Shown: positions 1-9,495 of the stretch, piece by piece
How the letters are laid out: every line of letters starts with the position of its first letter
Position numbering within the stretch: position 1 is the stretch's first letter
Source: an uncultured Bifidobacteriaceae bacterium
Lineage (GTDB): Bacteria > Actinomycetota > Acidimicrobiia > IMCC26256 > DASPTH01
DNA: 64,000 nucleotides
Direction of reading: 5' to 3'
Assembly (NCBI GenBank): GCA_964505725.1
Contig: CAZDJK010000010.1
Location: 49,158 to 113,157 of the forward strand
Made by a program: the position numbers and the translations under genes
The notes under the pieces: generated by a model
What the model was told of the DNA's origin: nothing
What the model saw: the letters and a program-made list of their open reading frames with translations, nothing else
Databases searched by the model: none

Positions 1-1311
1 CGCGCGGCGGCGGTCTGCTTCCCGCAGAGCGCGGACGACGTGGTCGCCGCGGTGCGGGTAGCGGCGCGCCACGATCGGCCGTTCGTCGCGCGCGGGAGCG
101 GCACCGGCCTCGCAGGCGGTGCCACACCCGTGGACGACCCCGTCGTGATCGTCACGACCCAGCTCGACCACATCCTCGAGGTGAACGAGGTGGAGCGCTA
201 CGCGTGGGTCGAGCCGGGCGTCCTCAACCTCGATCTCACGCGCGCGGTCGCGCACCTCGGGCTCCACTACGCGCCCGACCCCTCGTCGCAGCAGGCCTGC
301 ACCATCGGGGGCAACGTGGCCACCAACGCCGGGGGACCGCACTGTCTGGCGTCGGGCGTCACCGCGGCGCACGTGCTCGCGCTCGACGTCGTGCTCGCCG
401 ACGGATCCGTCGCGTGCCTGGGCGGCCTCGAGCCCGACCAGCCGGGCTACGACCTGCGGGGGTGCTTCGTCGGGAGCGAGGGCACGATGGGGATCGCGAC
501 CCGCATCGCGGTTCGCCTGCTTCCCGACGCTCCGGCGCTGCGAACGATGCTGCTGGACTTCGCCTCGATCGAAGACGCCGCGGCCACCGTCAGCGGGATC
601 ATCGCCGCCGGGGTGGTGCCGGCGGCGCTCGAGATGATGGACGCGGAGATCACGCGGGCGGTGGAGGACTTCGTCGGCGCGGGCTACCCGCGCGACGCGG
701 CCGCGGTGCTCCTGGTCGAGCTCGACGGGCTCCCGGGCGGAGTCGACCACGAAAGCGCGGTGGTCGCCTCCGTCGGGCGCGCGCACCATGCGCGCGCGGT
801 GCGGGTCGCGGCGAACGATGCCGAACGCGCCCTGCTGTGGAAGGGGCGCAAGTCGGCGTTCGGAGCGATCGCGCGCCTCGCTCCCGACTACTACCTGCAC
901 GACGCCGTCGTCCCGCGGACGCAGCTCGTGCCCGTCCTGCGGCAGGTCTACGCGATCGCAGAGGAGCAACGGCTCACCATGATGAACGTGTTCCACGCGG
1001 GCGACGGCAACCTGCACCCGCTGATCGTGTTCGACGCGCGTGAACCGGGGGTCTGGGCACGGGTCGAACGCGCCGGGGACCAGATCCTCGCGGCGTGCGT
1101 CGCCGCGGGCGGTGTGCTCTCGGGCGAGCACGGGATCGGCCTCGAGAAGCGCGAGGCCATGCCGCTCGTGTTCACACCAGCGGACCTCGACGCGCAGGCG
1201 CGACTCCGCGACGCGTTCGATCCCTCGGGTCGCGCGAACCCGCGCAAGGTGCTCCCGAGCGGGAGTCGTTGCGGAGAGCTGCAGCGCGTCCCCGAGGGAG
1301 CATGGATCTGA
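1..1311 (+). CDS. glcD: FAD-linked oxidase, glycolate oxidase subunit GlcD-like (5-prime end lies outside the window)
   Basis: The frame is open from base 1 (track ORF 40..1311). It has an FAD-binding PCMH-type N-terminal region (ARGSGTGLAGGA) and a C-terminal SGEHGIGLEKR-type motif. GlcE- and GlcF-like genes follow with overlapping stop/start. Confidence 0.8.
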   Translation, partial: RAAAVCFPQSADDVVAAVRVAARHDRPFVARGSGTGLAGGATPVDDPVVIVTTQLDHILEVNEVERYAWVEPGVLNLDLTRAVAHLGLHYAPDPSSQQACTIGGNVATNAGGPHCLASGVTAAHVLALDVVLADGSVACLGGLEPDQPGYDLRGCFVGSEGTMGIATRIAVRLLPDAPALRTMLLDFASIEDAAATVSGIIAAGVVPAALEMMDAEITRAVEDFVGAGYPRDAAAVLLVELDGLPGGVDHESAVVASVGRAHHARAVRVAANDAERALLWKGRKSAFGAIARLAPDYYLHDAVVPRTQLVPVLRQVYAIAEEQRLTMMNVFHAGDGNLHPLIVFDAREPGVWARVERAGDQILAACVAAGGVLSGEHGIGLEKREAMPLVFTPADLDAQARLRDAFDPSGRANPRKVLPSGSRCGELQRVPEGAWI

Positions 1312-2366
1312 TGCCTCCGGTACCTGCGACGGTCGAGGAGCTCGGCGACGCGATTCGCCACGCGGCCGTCGTCGTGCCGGTGGGGAGCCGGACCCACTGG
1401 GAGGTGGGAGGCCGCCTCACCGTCGAGGCGGGCGCGCAGGGGATCCGGGCTCCTGCCGGCATCGTGAGCTACGAACCCGCCGATCTGACCGTTCGTGTGC
1501 ACGCCGGCACGACCGTCGCCGAGCTCGACGCGGTCCTGGGCGAACGCGGTCAGGAATGCCCCCTCGACCCTCGCGATCCGGCGGCCACCGTCGGCGGGGT
1601 GCTCGCCACCGGCCTGTCGGGGATCCGCCGTCTCGGCGCGGGCCCCGTGCGCGACCACCTTCTCGAGGTGCGGTTCCTCACTGCCGACGGCGAGCTCGTC
1701 AAGGGTGGCGGGCCGACGGTCAAGAACGTCACCGGCTTCGACATCCCCCGTCTACTGGTCGGCTCGCTCGGGACCATCGGCGTCATCGTCCAGGCGATCC
1801 TCCGGTGCCGCCCGCGTCCCGCGCATGCGGAGTGGACCGTCGGCGACGGCGACCCCGACCGCGTGCGGACGAGCGCTTTTCGCCCGTCGAGCGTCCTCTG
1901 GGACGGCCGTTCGACCTCCGTGCTCGTCGAGGGCGCTCCGGCGGACGTGGACGCGCAACGGCAGGCCCTCGGGACGACGCCGGTCGCGGCCGCCCCGCCG
2001 CTTCCGGTGGGCCCCCACCGCGGCCGGGTGTCGGTCCGTCCGTCCGCGCCGCGCGCGCTCGGCCCGGAGCTGGACGCGATCGGGGTGCGCTGGCTGGCGG
2101 AGATCGGCGTCGGCACCGTGCACGTCGCCGCGGATCACGAACAAGACCTCGTCGCCGTGCGTGCGCTCGCGGAGTCGCGCGGCGGCTGGATGCTCCGGGA
2201 GGCGGGCGCCCACGGCATATCGGGCTTCGGGCGCGCCATCCCGAACGTCCGGCTCCAGGAGCGCGTACGCGCAGCCTACGATCCCACGCGCAAGCTGTCG
2301 CCAGGAAGGCTCGACCTCGACGTGAACCCTGAACCTCGAGTGCAGCCCGAGGTCCAACGTGCCTGA
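1302..2366 (+). CDS. glcE: FAD-binding oxidoreductase, glycolate oxidase subunit GlcE-like
   Basis: An internal ATG at 1302 of track ORF 1095..2366 overlaps the glcD stop (1309-1311). The protein starts MDLMPPVPATVEELGDAIRH and resembles an FAD-binding domain. Its position between glcD-like and glcF-like genes supports the call. Confidence 0.7.
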   Translation: MDLMPPVPATVEELGDAIRHAAVVVPVGSRTHWEVGGRLTVEAGAQGIRAPAGIVSYEPADLTVRVHAGTTVAELDAVLGERGQECPLDPRDPAATVGGVLATGLSGIRRLGAGPVRDHLLEVRFLTADGELVKGGGPTVKNVTGFDIPRLLVGSLGTIGVIVQAILRCRPRPAHAEWTVGDGDPDRVRTSAFRPSSVLWDGRSTSVLVEGAPADVDAQRQALGTTPVAAAPPLPVGPHRGRVSVRPSAPRALGPELDAIGVRWLAEIGVGTVHVAADHEQDLVAVRALAESRGGWMLREAGAHGISGFGRAIPNVRLQERVRAAYDPTRKLSPGRLDLDVNPEPRVQPEVQRA

Positions 2367-3585
2367 ACCTCTGGTGCACGTCGAGATTCCCCGGGCGCGT
2401 GGGGTGCTGCCGGTCGACGAGGACGAGCTCGTGGCCTGTGTCGCGTGTGGCCTGTGCCTTCCGCACTGCCCGACCTACCGGGTCAGCGGCAAGGAGATCC
2501 TGTCGCCCCGCGGGCGCATCGCGGCCATGCGCGAGGTCGAGCTGGGCGGCGCACCGATCGACGACAGCTTCGTCGCCGCCATGGAGACGTGTGTGCAGTG
2601 CCGCGGGTGCGAGGCCGCGTGCCCGTCCTCGGTCCCGTTCGGCCACCTCATGGAGGGTGCGCGCGTCGCGATCGCTGACCGACCGGCGACGCGCTCGCGT
2701 CTTCGGCGAGGGGTCGAGTGGATCGCGTACCGCCTGGTGCTACCCCGCCACGGCGTGCTCGTCGGCCTGAGCCTGCTCCTCGCGTGGGCGGAGCGCTTCC
2801 ACCTCGTACCGCGCCGGCTCGGCCTCCCGACCATCCCGGTCGAGTCGCTGCGCGAGCCGCTGCGCGCCGACGCGCAACCAACCGCGTTCCTGTTCACCGG
2901 CTGCGTGATGGACGCGTGGCAACGCGACGTGCACCGTGCGGCGACCATGGTGATGCGCGCGACCGGCGCCCGCGTCGGGCTCCCCGGACGCGGGGGCGAC
3001 TGTTGCGGTGCGTTGCACGCGCACAGCGGCCGCCTCGCCGAGGCGCGCCGGCTGGCGCGTCGGGTCATCTCGTCGATGCCCGGTGAGGCGCCGGTCGTCG
3101 TCGACAGCGCGGGGTGCGGCGCGGCGATGAAGGACTACGGCCACCTGCTCGGCACCGAGGTGGCGAACGCGTTCGCGGCCCGCGTGCGCGACTTCTCCGA
3201 GTGGCTGGCCGACCAACCCGCGCTCGCGGTGCGCCCGACGGGTCGGTCGGTGGTGGTCCAGGACCCCTGTCACCTCCGTCACGTCCAGCGCCGCGAGGGC
3301 GCGGTGCGCACCGTGCTCGCGCCCGCCTACGACCTGAGGGAGACCGCCGACGACGGCCTCTGCTGCGGCGCGGGAGGTGCGTACTCGGTCCTCCAGCCCG
3401 AGCTGGCGAACGACATCCGCGCCCGCAAGGTCGCCGCCATCCAGCTCGCGGCGGGCAATGGACGCGCGCCGCTCGTGGCGTCCCCGAACCCCGGGTGCGC
3501 GATGCACCTGGCAGCGGCCGGCCTCGACGTGCGCCACCCGGCCGAGCTGCTCGCGGCGGCGCTCGACCCGCTCGCCGATGGCTGA
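2359..3585 (+). CDS. glcF: (Fe-S)-binding protein, glycolate oxidase subunit GlcF-like
   Basis: Track ORF 2359..3585. It has two ferredoxin-type cysteine clusters (CVACGLCLPHCP and CVQCRGCEAACP) plus C-terminal cysteine-rich CCG-type repeats (DCCGA, GLCCGAGG). Its start overlaps the glcE stop. Confidence 0.8.
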   Translation: MPEPLVHVEIPRARGVLPVDEDELVACVACGLCLPHCPTYRVSGKEILSPRGRIAAMREVELGGAPIDDSFVAAMETCVQCRGCEAACPSSVPFGHLMEGARVAIADRPATRSRLRRGVEWIAYRLVLPRHGVLVGLSLLLAWAERFHLVPRRLGLPTIPVESLREPLRADAQPTAFLFTGCVMDAWQRDVHRAATMVMRATGARVGLPGRGGDCCGALHAHSGRLAEARRLARRVISSMPGEAPVVVDSAGCGAAMKDYGHLLGTEVANAFAARVRDFSEWLADQPALAVRPTGRSVVVQDPCHLRHVQRREGAVRTVLAPAYDLRETADDGLCCGAGGAYSVLQPELANDIRARKVAAIQLAAGNGRAPLVASPNPGCAMHLAAAGLDVRHPAELLAAALDPLADG

Positions 3586-3772
3586 CCTCGACGGGATCGT
3601 GGGGGAGCTCCAGGCGATCGAGGAGCGGCTCCGCGATCTCGCGTACGAGCGCCTGCGAGCCGCCACCGAGGACGGCGATGCCGACGCCGCCGCCGACGAG
3701 AAGAAGCTCCTGCAGGCGCGCCGCGCCGTCGAGCGCGCCATCACCGCGCTCTCGGGTAGGAGTGAGGGGTGA
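3578..3772 (+). CDS. Small hypothetical helical protein (64 aa)
   Basis: ATG at 3578 inside track ORF 3377..3772 overlaps the glcF stop by 8 nt. The sequence MADLDGIVGELQAIEERLRDLAYERL looks like an acidic coiled-coil. I recognise no domain. Confidence 0.4.
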   Translation: MADLDGIVGELQAIEERLRDLAYERLRAATEDGDADAAADEKKLLQARRAVERAITALSGRSEG

Positions 3773-3803
3773 CGGGCGCGACCGACCACAGGGAGATCCC
3801 GCC

Positions 3804-4100
3804 GTGACCGACCCGTGCTCACACCTCGGCCTGGTGGCCGACATCACGCCCTCGAGCACCGGGTGCGAGGACTGCCAGCGCATCGGCGCCCGCTGGGTGC
3901 ACCTCAGGCTCTGCATTATCTGCGGCCACGTCGGATGCGGCGACAACTCGCCCAACCGGCACGCGACCGCGCACTGGAACGCCCACGCCGATCATCCGCT
4001 CGTCCGGTCCTACGAGCCGGGGGAGAACTGGTGGTGGTGCTACGCCGACGAGTTGCTCTTCGATGTGCGCGGCGCGCCTCCCGCTCCGTCGCACCCGTAG
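3804..4100 (+). CDS. UBP-type zinc-finger domain protein
   Basis: GTG at 3804 is in frame with the tail of track ORF 3114..4100. The Cys/His pattern CEDC...CIICGHVGCGD...H..H...WWWCY is typical of zf-UBP. Confidence 0.7.
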   Translation: MTDPCSHLGLVADITPSSTGCEDCQRIGARWVHLRLCIICGHVGCGDNSPNRHATAHWNAHADHPLVRSYEPGENWWWCYADELLFDVRGAPPAPSHP

Positions 4101-4141
4101 CATCGGCGTCTCTCGGACCGGCCGACTGGAGGGGGTTCTCG

Positions 4142-5071
4142 ATGGACACGCCGAGCGGGCTCCCGCCCTATTCCGAGCTCCCGGTCGCCGACGGCGCGCC
4201 ACCCGGCTCGTCATGGGGGCTGTGGGGCGAGCACGACGTCCTCGGCGCGTTGAACCTCCAGACCCCGGAGCGGGCACTGCGCGCGGCCGCCAGCATCCGC
4301 ACCGGCCGTTGGTACTCGCTCGACCTCGACCTCGGAATGCCCGACCCGCCGTTGTTCGGGAGGCCGCGCCTGCGCCACGAAGTCACCGGCGAGATCGGCG
4401 GCGGCCACGACGACCTCCTGCACAACTGGAACACCCAGTCGTCGACGCAGTGGGACGGCTTCCGTCACTTCGCCCACCGGCACCACGGCCACTACGGCGG
4501 GCTGCCCGACGAGGAGCACGGGATCGACCACTGGGCGGCGCGCGGTCTCGTGGGCCGGTGCGTGCTCGTCGACGTCGACCGCTGGCGGACCGCCCAGGGT
4601 CGGCCGCTGCACCAGGGCACAGGCGATCCCATCCCGGTGGCCGACCTGCGCGCCTGCATCGAGGACCAGGGAACCGCGGTCGTCACCGGCGACGTGGTCC
4701 TGGTGCGGACGGGTTGGCTCACGTGGTACCGGTCGCTCGACGGCGACGCCCGGGCGCGGTACGCGGCGGGCGACGCGTCGAGCCCGGGCCCGGCGGGTGA
4801 CGACCTGCCCGAGTTCATCTGGGACCTCCACGTGAGCGCGTTGGCGGCCGACAACCCGGGCGTCGAGATGATGCCGCCGGCGGCCGGCTACGGCTTCCTG
4901 CACCCGGCCGCGCTGCCGCTCCTCGGCATCCCGCTCGGCGAGCTCTTCGACCTCGACGGTCTCGCCGCCGACTGCGCGGACGCGCGCACCTACGACGCGT
5001 TCTTCACCTCGGCGCCCATCAGCGTGCGTGGGGGAGTGGGCTCGCCTCCCAACGCGATCGCGATCCGCTAG
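4142..5071 (+). CDS. Cyclase family protein (kynurenine formamidase-like fold)
   Basis: ATG at 4142 within track ORF 3815..5071. The STQWDGFRHF motif and overall layout (about 309 aa) match the putative-cyclase family as I remember it. Confidence 0.65.
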   Translation: MDTPSGLPPYSELPVADGAPPGSSWGLWGEHDVLGALNLQTPERALRAAASIRTGRWYSLDLDLGMPDPPLFGRPRLRHEVTGEIGGGHDDLLHNWNTQSSTQWDGFRHFAHRHHGHYGGLPDEEHGIDHWAARGLVGRCVLVDVDRWRTAQGRPLHQGTGDPIPVADLRACIEDQGTAVVTGDVVLVRTGWLTWYRSLDGDARARYAAGDASSPGPAGDDLPEFIWDLHVSALAADNPGVEMMPPAAGYGFLHPAALPLLGIPLGELFDLDGLAADCADARTYDAFFTSAPISVRGGVGSPPNAIAIR

Positions 5072-5080
5072 CCGCCGTCA

Positions 5081-6136
5081 TCATCCGGCGGCCGCGTGAC
5101 CGTCGGGAGCGTTGAGCCGGTCGATCAGCTGGCGCAGTCGCGACCAGCCGCGACGGTTGAAGCGGAACGAGACGCGCGACAGGTTGACGTGGTCGTCGTC
5201 GTCGAGCTCCGCCGGCGTCACGGGGATCACCGAGAGCTCCCCCCGGACCACGATGTCGGAGAAGTCGCGGCCCAGCACTGCGAGCTCGGCGGGGGTCGGC
5301 GCGCGCTGCATCCGGAGCACGAGCTCGCCGTCGACGAAGCGGAGCGAGTGGTAGTTCGCGTAGAAGCCGAACACCTCGTCGACCGCGGCGTCGATGGAGT
5401 CGGTCACGAGGAAGAGGCATTCGTCGTCAGGTGAGATGTAGTTGCCACGCTCGATCTCGCCGGCGATGAAGCTGCGCCAGGTCGCCCAGAACGTGCCTCC
5501 GGGCACGTCGAGGAGCACGACCGGCGCCGGCTGCGCCTTCCCCGTCTGCAGGAGGGTCAGCAGCTCGAACGCCTCGTCCATGGTGCCGAAACCGCCCGGC
5601 AACAGCACGAACGCGTCCGACTCCTTGATGAACTCGAGCTTGCGGGTGAAGAAGTAGCGGAAGTTCAGCAGCTTCGGGTCGCCCTGGATGAACTGGCTGG
5701 TCGTGGACTCGAACGGGAGCTTGATGCTCACGCCGAAGGCCCGCTCGGGCCCGGCACCCTCGATGCCGGCCTCCATGATCCCCGGCCCGGCGCCGGTCAC
5801 GACCATCCAGTCGTGCGACGCAACAACCGACGCCAGCTCGCGTGCCTGCTCGTAGAGCGGATCGTCGGGCTGCGTGCGTGCCGAGCCGAAGATGGCGAGC
5901 TTGCGCGCGGAGCGATACGGCGCAAACACGTGGAACGCGTCACGGAGCTCCTTGAGTGCCGCGTTCGCGATCTTCAGGTCGCCGCGGTCCGCGTGGTCGA
6001 GGGCCAGGCGCGCCGACGATACGAGCAGCTCGAACACGAGATCGGCATCGTCGGGATCCGCGGTCCGGGTCGCGACGTCGGCCAGCACGCGGTCGAGCTC
6101 GGTGTCGCCGGTGCGGTAGCGCGGGAGCTTCTCCAC
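5081..6136 (-). CDS. LOG family protein (TIGR00730-type, lysine-decarboxylase-like nucleotide hydrolase), long form
   Basis: Track ORF 5081..6136 (351 aa). It has the PGGFGTMDEAFE signature (PGGxGTxxE) and a Rossmann-like core (AIFGSART...VVTGAGPGIMEA). Confidence 0.8.
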   Translation of the reverse strand: MEKLPRYRTGDTELDRVLADVATRTADPDDADLVFELLVSSARLALDHADRGDLKIANAALKELRDAFHVFAPYRSARKLAIFGSARTQPDDPLYEQARELASVVASHDWMVVTGAGPGIMEAGIEGAGPERAFGVSIKLPFESTTSQFIQGDPKLLNFRYFFTRKLEFIKESDAFVLLPGGFGTMDEAFELLTLLQTGKAQPAPVVLLDVPGGTFWATWRSFIAGEIERGNYISPDDECLFLVTDSIDAAVDEVFGFYANYHSLRFVDGELVLRMQRAPTPAELAVLGRDFSDIVVRGELSVIPVTPAELDDDDHVNLSRVSFRFNRRGWSRLRQLIDRLNAPDGHAAAG

Positions 6137-6148
6137 CGACCGGTCTCG

Positions 6149-7132
6149 CTAGCCGAGCAGATCCCGCGAGAGCTCGCGGAGCGCCGCGTCGGGTCGGGCC
6201 CCGAGATGGCCGATCACCTCGGCCGCCGCGAGCGCACCGAGGCGCCCGCAGGTGCCGAGGTCGTAGCCGTGGGTCAGGCCGTGCAGAAAGCCCGCGGCGA
6301 AGAGGTCGCCGGCGCCGGTGGTGTCGACCACCCTCGCCACGGGACGGGCGTCGATCACGTGCACCTCGTCGCGGGTCACGATCAACGCGCCCTTCTCGCT
6401 GCGCGTGAGCGCGGCGATCTCGACCGCGCGGTCGACGCGTTGGAGCGCGTCGTCGAAGTTGTCCACCTCGTACAACGACGTGATCTCCGCCTCGTTGGCG
6501 AACAGCACGTCGACGAGGTCGTCGACGAGATCGAGGAACTCGGCGCGGTGGCGGTCGACGCAGAAGCCGTCGGACAGCGTGAACGCCACCCGGTTGCCGG
6601 CGTCGTGGGCCGCCTGCGCCGCGTGGCGGAACGCAGCCTTCGCCTCGGGCTCGTCCCACAGGTAGCCCTCGAGGTACAGCACCTGCGCGCCGCCGATTAC
6701 CGCCTCGTCGATGTCGTCCGGCCCGAGCTGGGCCGACGCGCCGAGGAAGGTGTTCAGCGTGCGCTGGGCGTCGGGCGTGACGACGATCAGGCACCGCCCG
6801 GTGGGCTCGCCGCCCGTCGCCGGTGTGGACCGGTAGTCGACGCCCGCGGCGCGGATGTCGTGGGCGAACACGCGCCCGAGGTCGTCGTCGCTGACGCGGC
6901 CGATGAACGCGGCCTGCCCGCCGAGCTGCGCGATGCCGACCATCGTGTTCGCCGCGGATCCACCCGAGATCTCGGTGGCGGGGCCCATCGCCGCGTAGAG
7001 CTTCTCGGCCCGCTCGGTGTCGATCAGCGACATCGAGCCCTTGACCAGCTCGTGCTCGGCGAGGAAGTCGTCACGCTCGTGCGAGAGCACGTCGACCAGC
7101 GCGTTGCCGATGCCGACGACGTCGAGCTTCAC
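6149..7132 (-). CDS. PfkB-family carbohydrate/adenosine kinase
   Basis: This is the C-terminal 327 aa of track ORF 6149..7981. Its GTG start at 7132 forms a GTGA overlap with the fbiC stop. It carries the GGSAANT and DTTGAGDLFAAGF (PfkB signature 2) motifs. The upstream part of the track ORF is Arg/Pro-rich shadow of fbiC. Confidence 0.8.
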   Translation of the reverse strand: MKLDVVGIGNALVDVLSHERDDFLAEHELVKGSMSLIDTERAEKLYAAMGPATEISGGSAANTMVGIAQLGGQAAFIGRVSDDDLGRVFAHDIRAAGVDYRSTPATGGEPTGRCLIVVTPDAQRTLNTFLGASAQLGPDDIDEAVIGGAQVLYLEGYLWDEPEAKAAFRHAAQAAHDAGNRVAFTLSDGFCVDRHRAEFLDLVDDLVDVLFANEAEITSLYEVDNFDDALQRVDRAVEIAALTRSEKGALIVTRDEVHVIDARPVARVVDTTGAGDLFAAGFLHGLTHGYDLGTCGRLGALAAAEVIGHLGARPDAALRELSRDLLG

Positions 7133-9495
7133 GAGCGGTGGGAGAGGGTCACCGGGACCGCGTCGACGCGGGGGCGCAGGCGCCGACCGACGGTCGAGAC
7201 CCTTCCGTAGAGCGTGGTGCGCTGCTCGAGTGGGCGCCCGAGCGGCTCGACGATGGCGCGGAAGTCGTCGTCGTCGAGCTCCTGGCCGTGGCTGGCGCCC
7301 GCCGCGCGCGAGATGTTCTCGTCCATCAGGGTGCCGCCGAGGTCGTTGCAGCCCGCCTGGAGCGCCTCCCGGGCGCCGTCCATCCCGCACTTCGGCCACG
7401 ACACCTGCACGTTGTCGATCCAGCCGCGGTACGCGATGCGCCCCGCCGCGTGGACGAGCAGCACCTCGCGCATCGTCGGGCCCTTGCGGGCGCGGCCCTG
7501 GAGGTACAGCGGCGTCGCCATGTGCACGTACGGCAGCGGCACGAACTCGGTGAACCCGCCGGTCTCCTTCTGGAGCGCGCGCGTGCGCACCAGGTGGCGC
7601 GCGACGTGGACCGGCTGTTCGACGCTGCCGAACATGATGGTGACGTTGGACCGCAGACCCACCGAGTGCGCGAGGCGGTGGGCCTCCAGCCACTCCTCGG
7701 TGTTCACCTTGTCGGGGCAGATCACCGCCCGGACCTCGTCGTCGAGGATCTCCGCCGCGGTGCCGGGCAGGGTCGAGAGCCCCGCTTCCTTCGCCAGCGC
7801 CAGATACTCGCGGAGGGGCGTGCCCAGACGGCGGGCGCCCTCCGTGACCTCGAGCGCCGTGAACCCGTGCACGTGGATGTCGGGAGCGGCCTCCTTCGCG
7901 GCCCGCGCCACCTCGAGGTAGTAGCTGCCGTCGAAGTCGGGATGGATGCCGCCCTGGAGGCACACCTCGGTGGCGCCGCACTCGGCGGCTTCGGCGACGC
8001 GGCGCCTGATCTCGTCGAGGTCGAGCAGGTACGGGTCACCGCGCAGGTTGAGCGACAGCGGTCCCTTCGAGAACGCGCAGAACCGACACTTGTACGTGCA
8101 GATGTTGGTGTAGTTGATGTTGCGCGTCCGCACGAACGTCACCGTGTCGCCCACGATCTGCCGCCGGAGCTGGTCGGCGACCGCGCAGACGTCGAGGAAC
8201 TCGGCCCCACGCGCGCCGAGGAGGGTGACGATCTCGTCCACGTCGACCTCCTGGCCCGCGAGCACGCCCTGGAGCACCTCGCCGACCGGCGACTCCGCAC
8301 GTGCGGGAACCGAAGGGGGAGCGAGGGTGGAGAGCAGCGTGGGCGGCGCGTCGTCACCGCCCGCGGCCCAGGTGTCGTCGCGGGCGAGCGCCTCGGAGTC
8401 GGAGGCCTGCAGCACCGCGGCCCGCACGTCGGGGTGGAGCCAGCGCGTGGCGTCGATCGCGAACTCCGGGTACACGGTGAGCCGAGGCGCGAGCGTGTGG
8501 CCCGAAGCCTCGGTGACCGCCCGGAGACGGTCGAGGGCGGGCCACGGCCGTTCCGGGTTCACGTGGTCGGGCGTCACCGGCGACACCCCACCCCAGTCGT
8601 CGATGCCGGCCGCGATCAGCGGGTCGAGATCCGACGCGAGGTTGGGAGGCGCCTGCAGATGGACGCCGGGCGGGAGCAGCAGCCGGGCGACCGCGACCGT
8701 CCAGTGCATCTCTTCGTCGGGGCACGGGTCATGGCGCCACATCGTGGTACCGGGCTTGGGCAGGAAGTTCTGGACGATCACCTCTTGGACGTGCCCGTGC
8801 CGAGCGTGGGCCGCCGCGATGGCCATGAGGGCCTCGATCCGTTCGGCCCGCGTCTCGCCGATCCCGACCAGGATCCCGGTGGTGAACGGCACCGACGCCT
8901 CGCCCGCGGCCTCCAGGGTCGCGAGGCGGCGCTCGGGCGTCTTGTCCGGCGCGCCCGCGTGCGGACCGCCGGGCCCGGCGAGGCGGGCGGCGAGCGTCTC
9001 GATCATCATCCCCTGCGACGGCGAGACGGCGCGTAGGCGCTCGAGCTCGGCGCGACCGAGCGCGCCGGCGTTGGCGTGGGGGAGTAGGCCCGTCTCGTCG
9101 AGGACCGTGCGCGCCGCGTGCACGAGGTAGTCGACCGTGCTGGAGTAGCCGTTGACCGTGAGCCATTCGGCCGCCACCGGGTACCGCGCCTCCGGCGCCT
9201 CCCCGAGGGTGAACAGCGCCTCGTGGCATCCGAGCGCGGCGCCCGCCCGCGCGATGCCCAGCACCTCGTCGAGCGAGAGGTACGGAGACGCGAGATGGGC
9301 GGGGGGCTTCGCAAAGGTGCAGTAGCCGCACCGGTCCCGGCACAGCATCGTGAGCGGGATGAACACCTTCGGCGAGAACGTCATCCGCGTACCGTGCGCC
9401 GCGTCGCGCACGCGTCCCGCCTCGCGGACCAGTTCGTCGAGGGGTGCCGAGAGGAGCGCTTCGGGCGTGGGCGGCATCCGCGGCAGCCTAGGCAA
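7129..9495 (-). CDS. fbiC: FO synthase (7,8-didemethyl-8-hydroxy-5-deazariboflavin synthase), fused CofG/CofH
   Basis: Track ORF 7129..9495 (788 aa). It has two radical-SAM CxxxCxxC motifs (CRDRCGYCTF and CTYKCRFCAF) in the two-domain arrangement typical of actinobacterial FbiC. Confidence 0.9.
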   Translation of the reverse strand: MPRLPRMPPTPEALLSAPLDELVREAGRVRDAAHGTRMTFSPKVFIPLTMLCRDRCGYCTFAKPPAHLASPYLSLDEVLGIARAGAALGCHEALFTLGEAPEARYPVAAEWLTVNGYSSTVDYLVHAARTVLDETGLLPHANAGALGRAELERLRAVSPSQGMMIETLAARLAGPGGPHAGAPDKTPERRLATLEAAGEASVPFTTGILVGIGETRAERIEALMAIAAAHARHGHVQEVIVQNFLPKPGTTMWRHDPCPDEEMHWTVAVARLLLPPGVHLQAPPNLASDLDPLIAAGIDDWGGVSPVTPDHVNPERPWPALDRLRAVTEASGHTLAPRLTVYPEFAIDATRWLHPDVRAAVLQASDSEALARDDTWAAGGDDAPPTLLSTLAPPSVPARAESPVGEVLQGVLAGQEVDVDEIVTLLGARGAEFLDVCAVADQLRRQIVGDTVTFVRTRNINYTNICTYKCRFCAFSKGPLSLNLRGDPYLLDLDEIRRRVAEAAECGATEVCLQGGIHPDFDGSYYLEVARAAKEAAPDIHVHGFTALEVTEGARRLGTPLREYLALAKEAGLSTLPGTAAEILDDEVRAVICPDKVNTEEWLEAHRLAHSVGLRSNVTIMFGSVEQPVHVARHLVRTRALQKETGGFTEFVPLPYVHMATPLYLQGRARKGPTMREVLLVHAAGRIAYRGWIDNVQVSWPKCGMDGAREALQAGCNDLGGTLMDENISRAAGASHGQELDDDDFRAIVEPLGRPLEQRTTLYGRVSTVGRRLRPRVDAVPVTLSHRS

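Noticed and set aside
6149-7981. N-terminal extensions of track ORFs. Examples are 6149..7981, 9488..10558, 12552..14783, 23162..25549, 33157..34524, 56613..58031, 58473..61073 and 49464..50561.
   Set aside because: The extensions overlap neighbouring real genes in another frame and have Arg/Pro-rich composition. Conserved family N-termini align with internal starts that often form GTGA/ATGA overlaps with the upstream stop.
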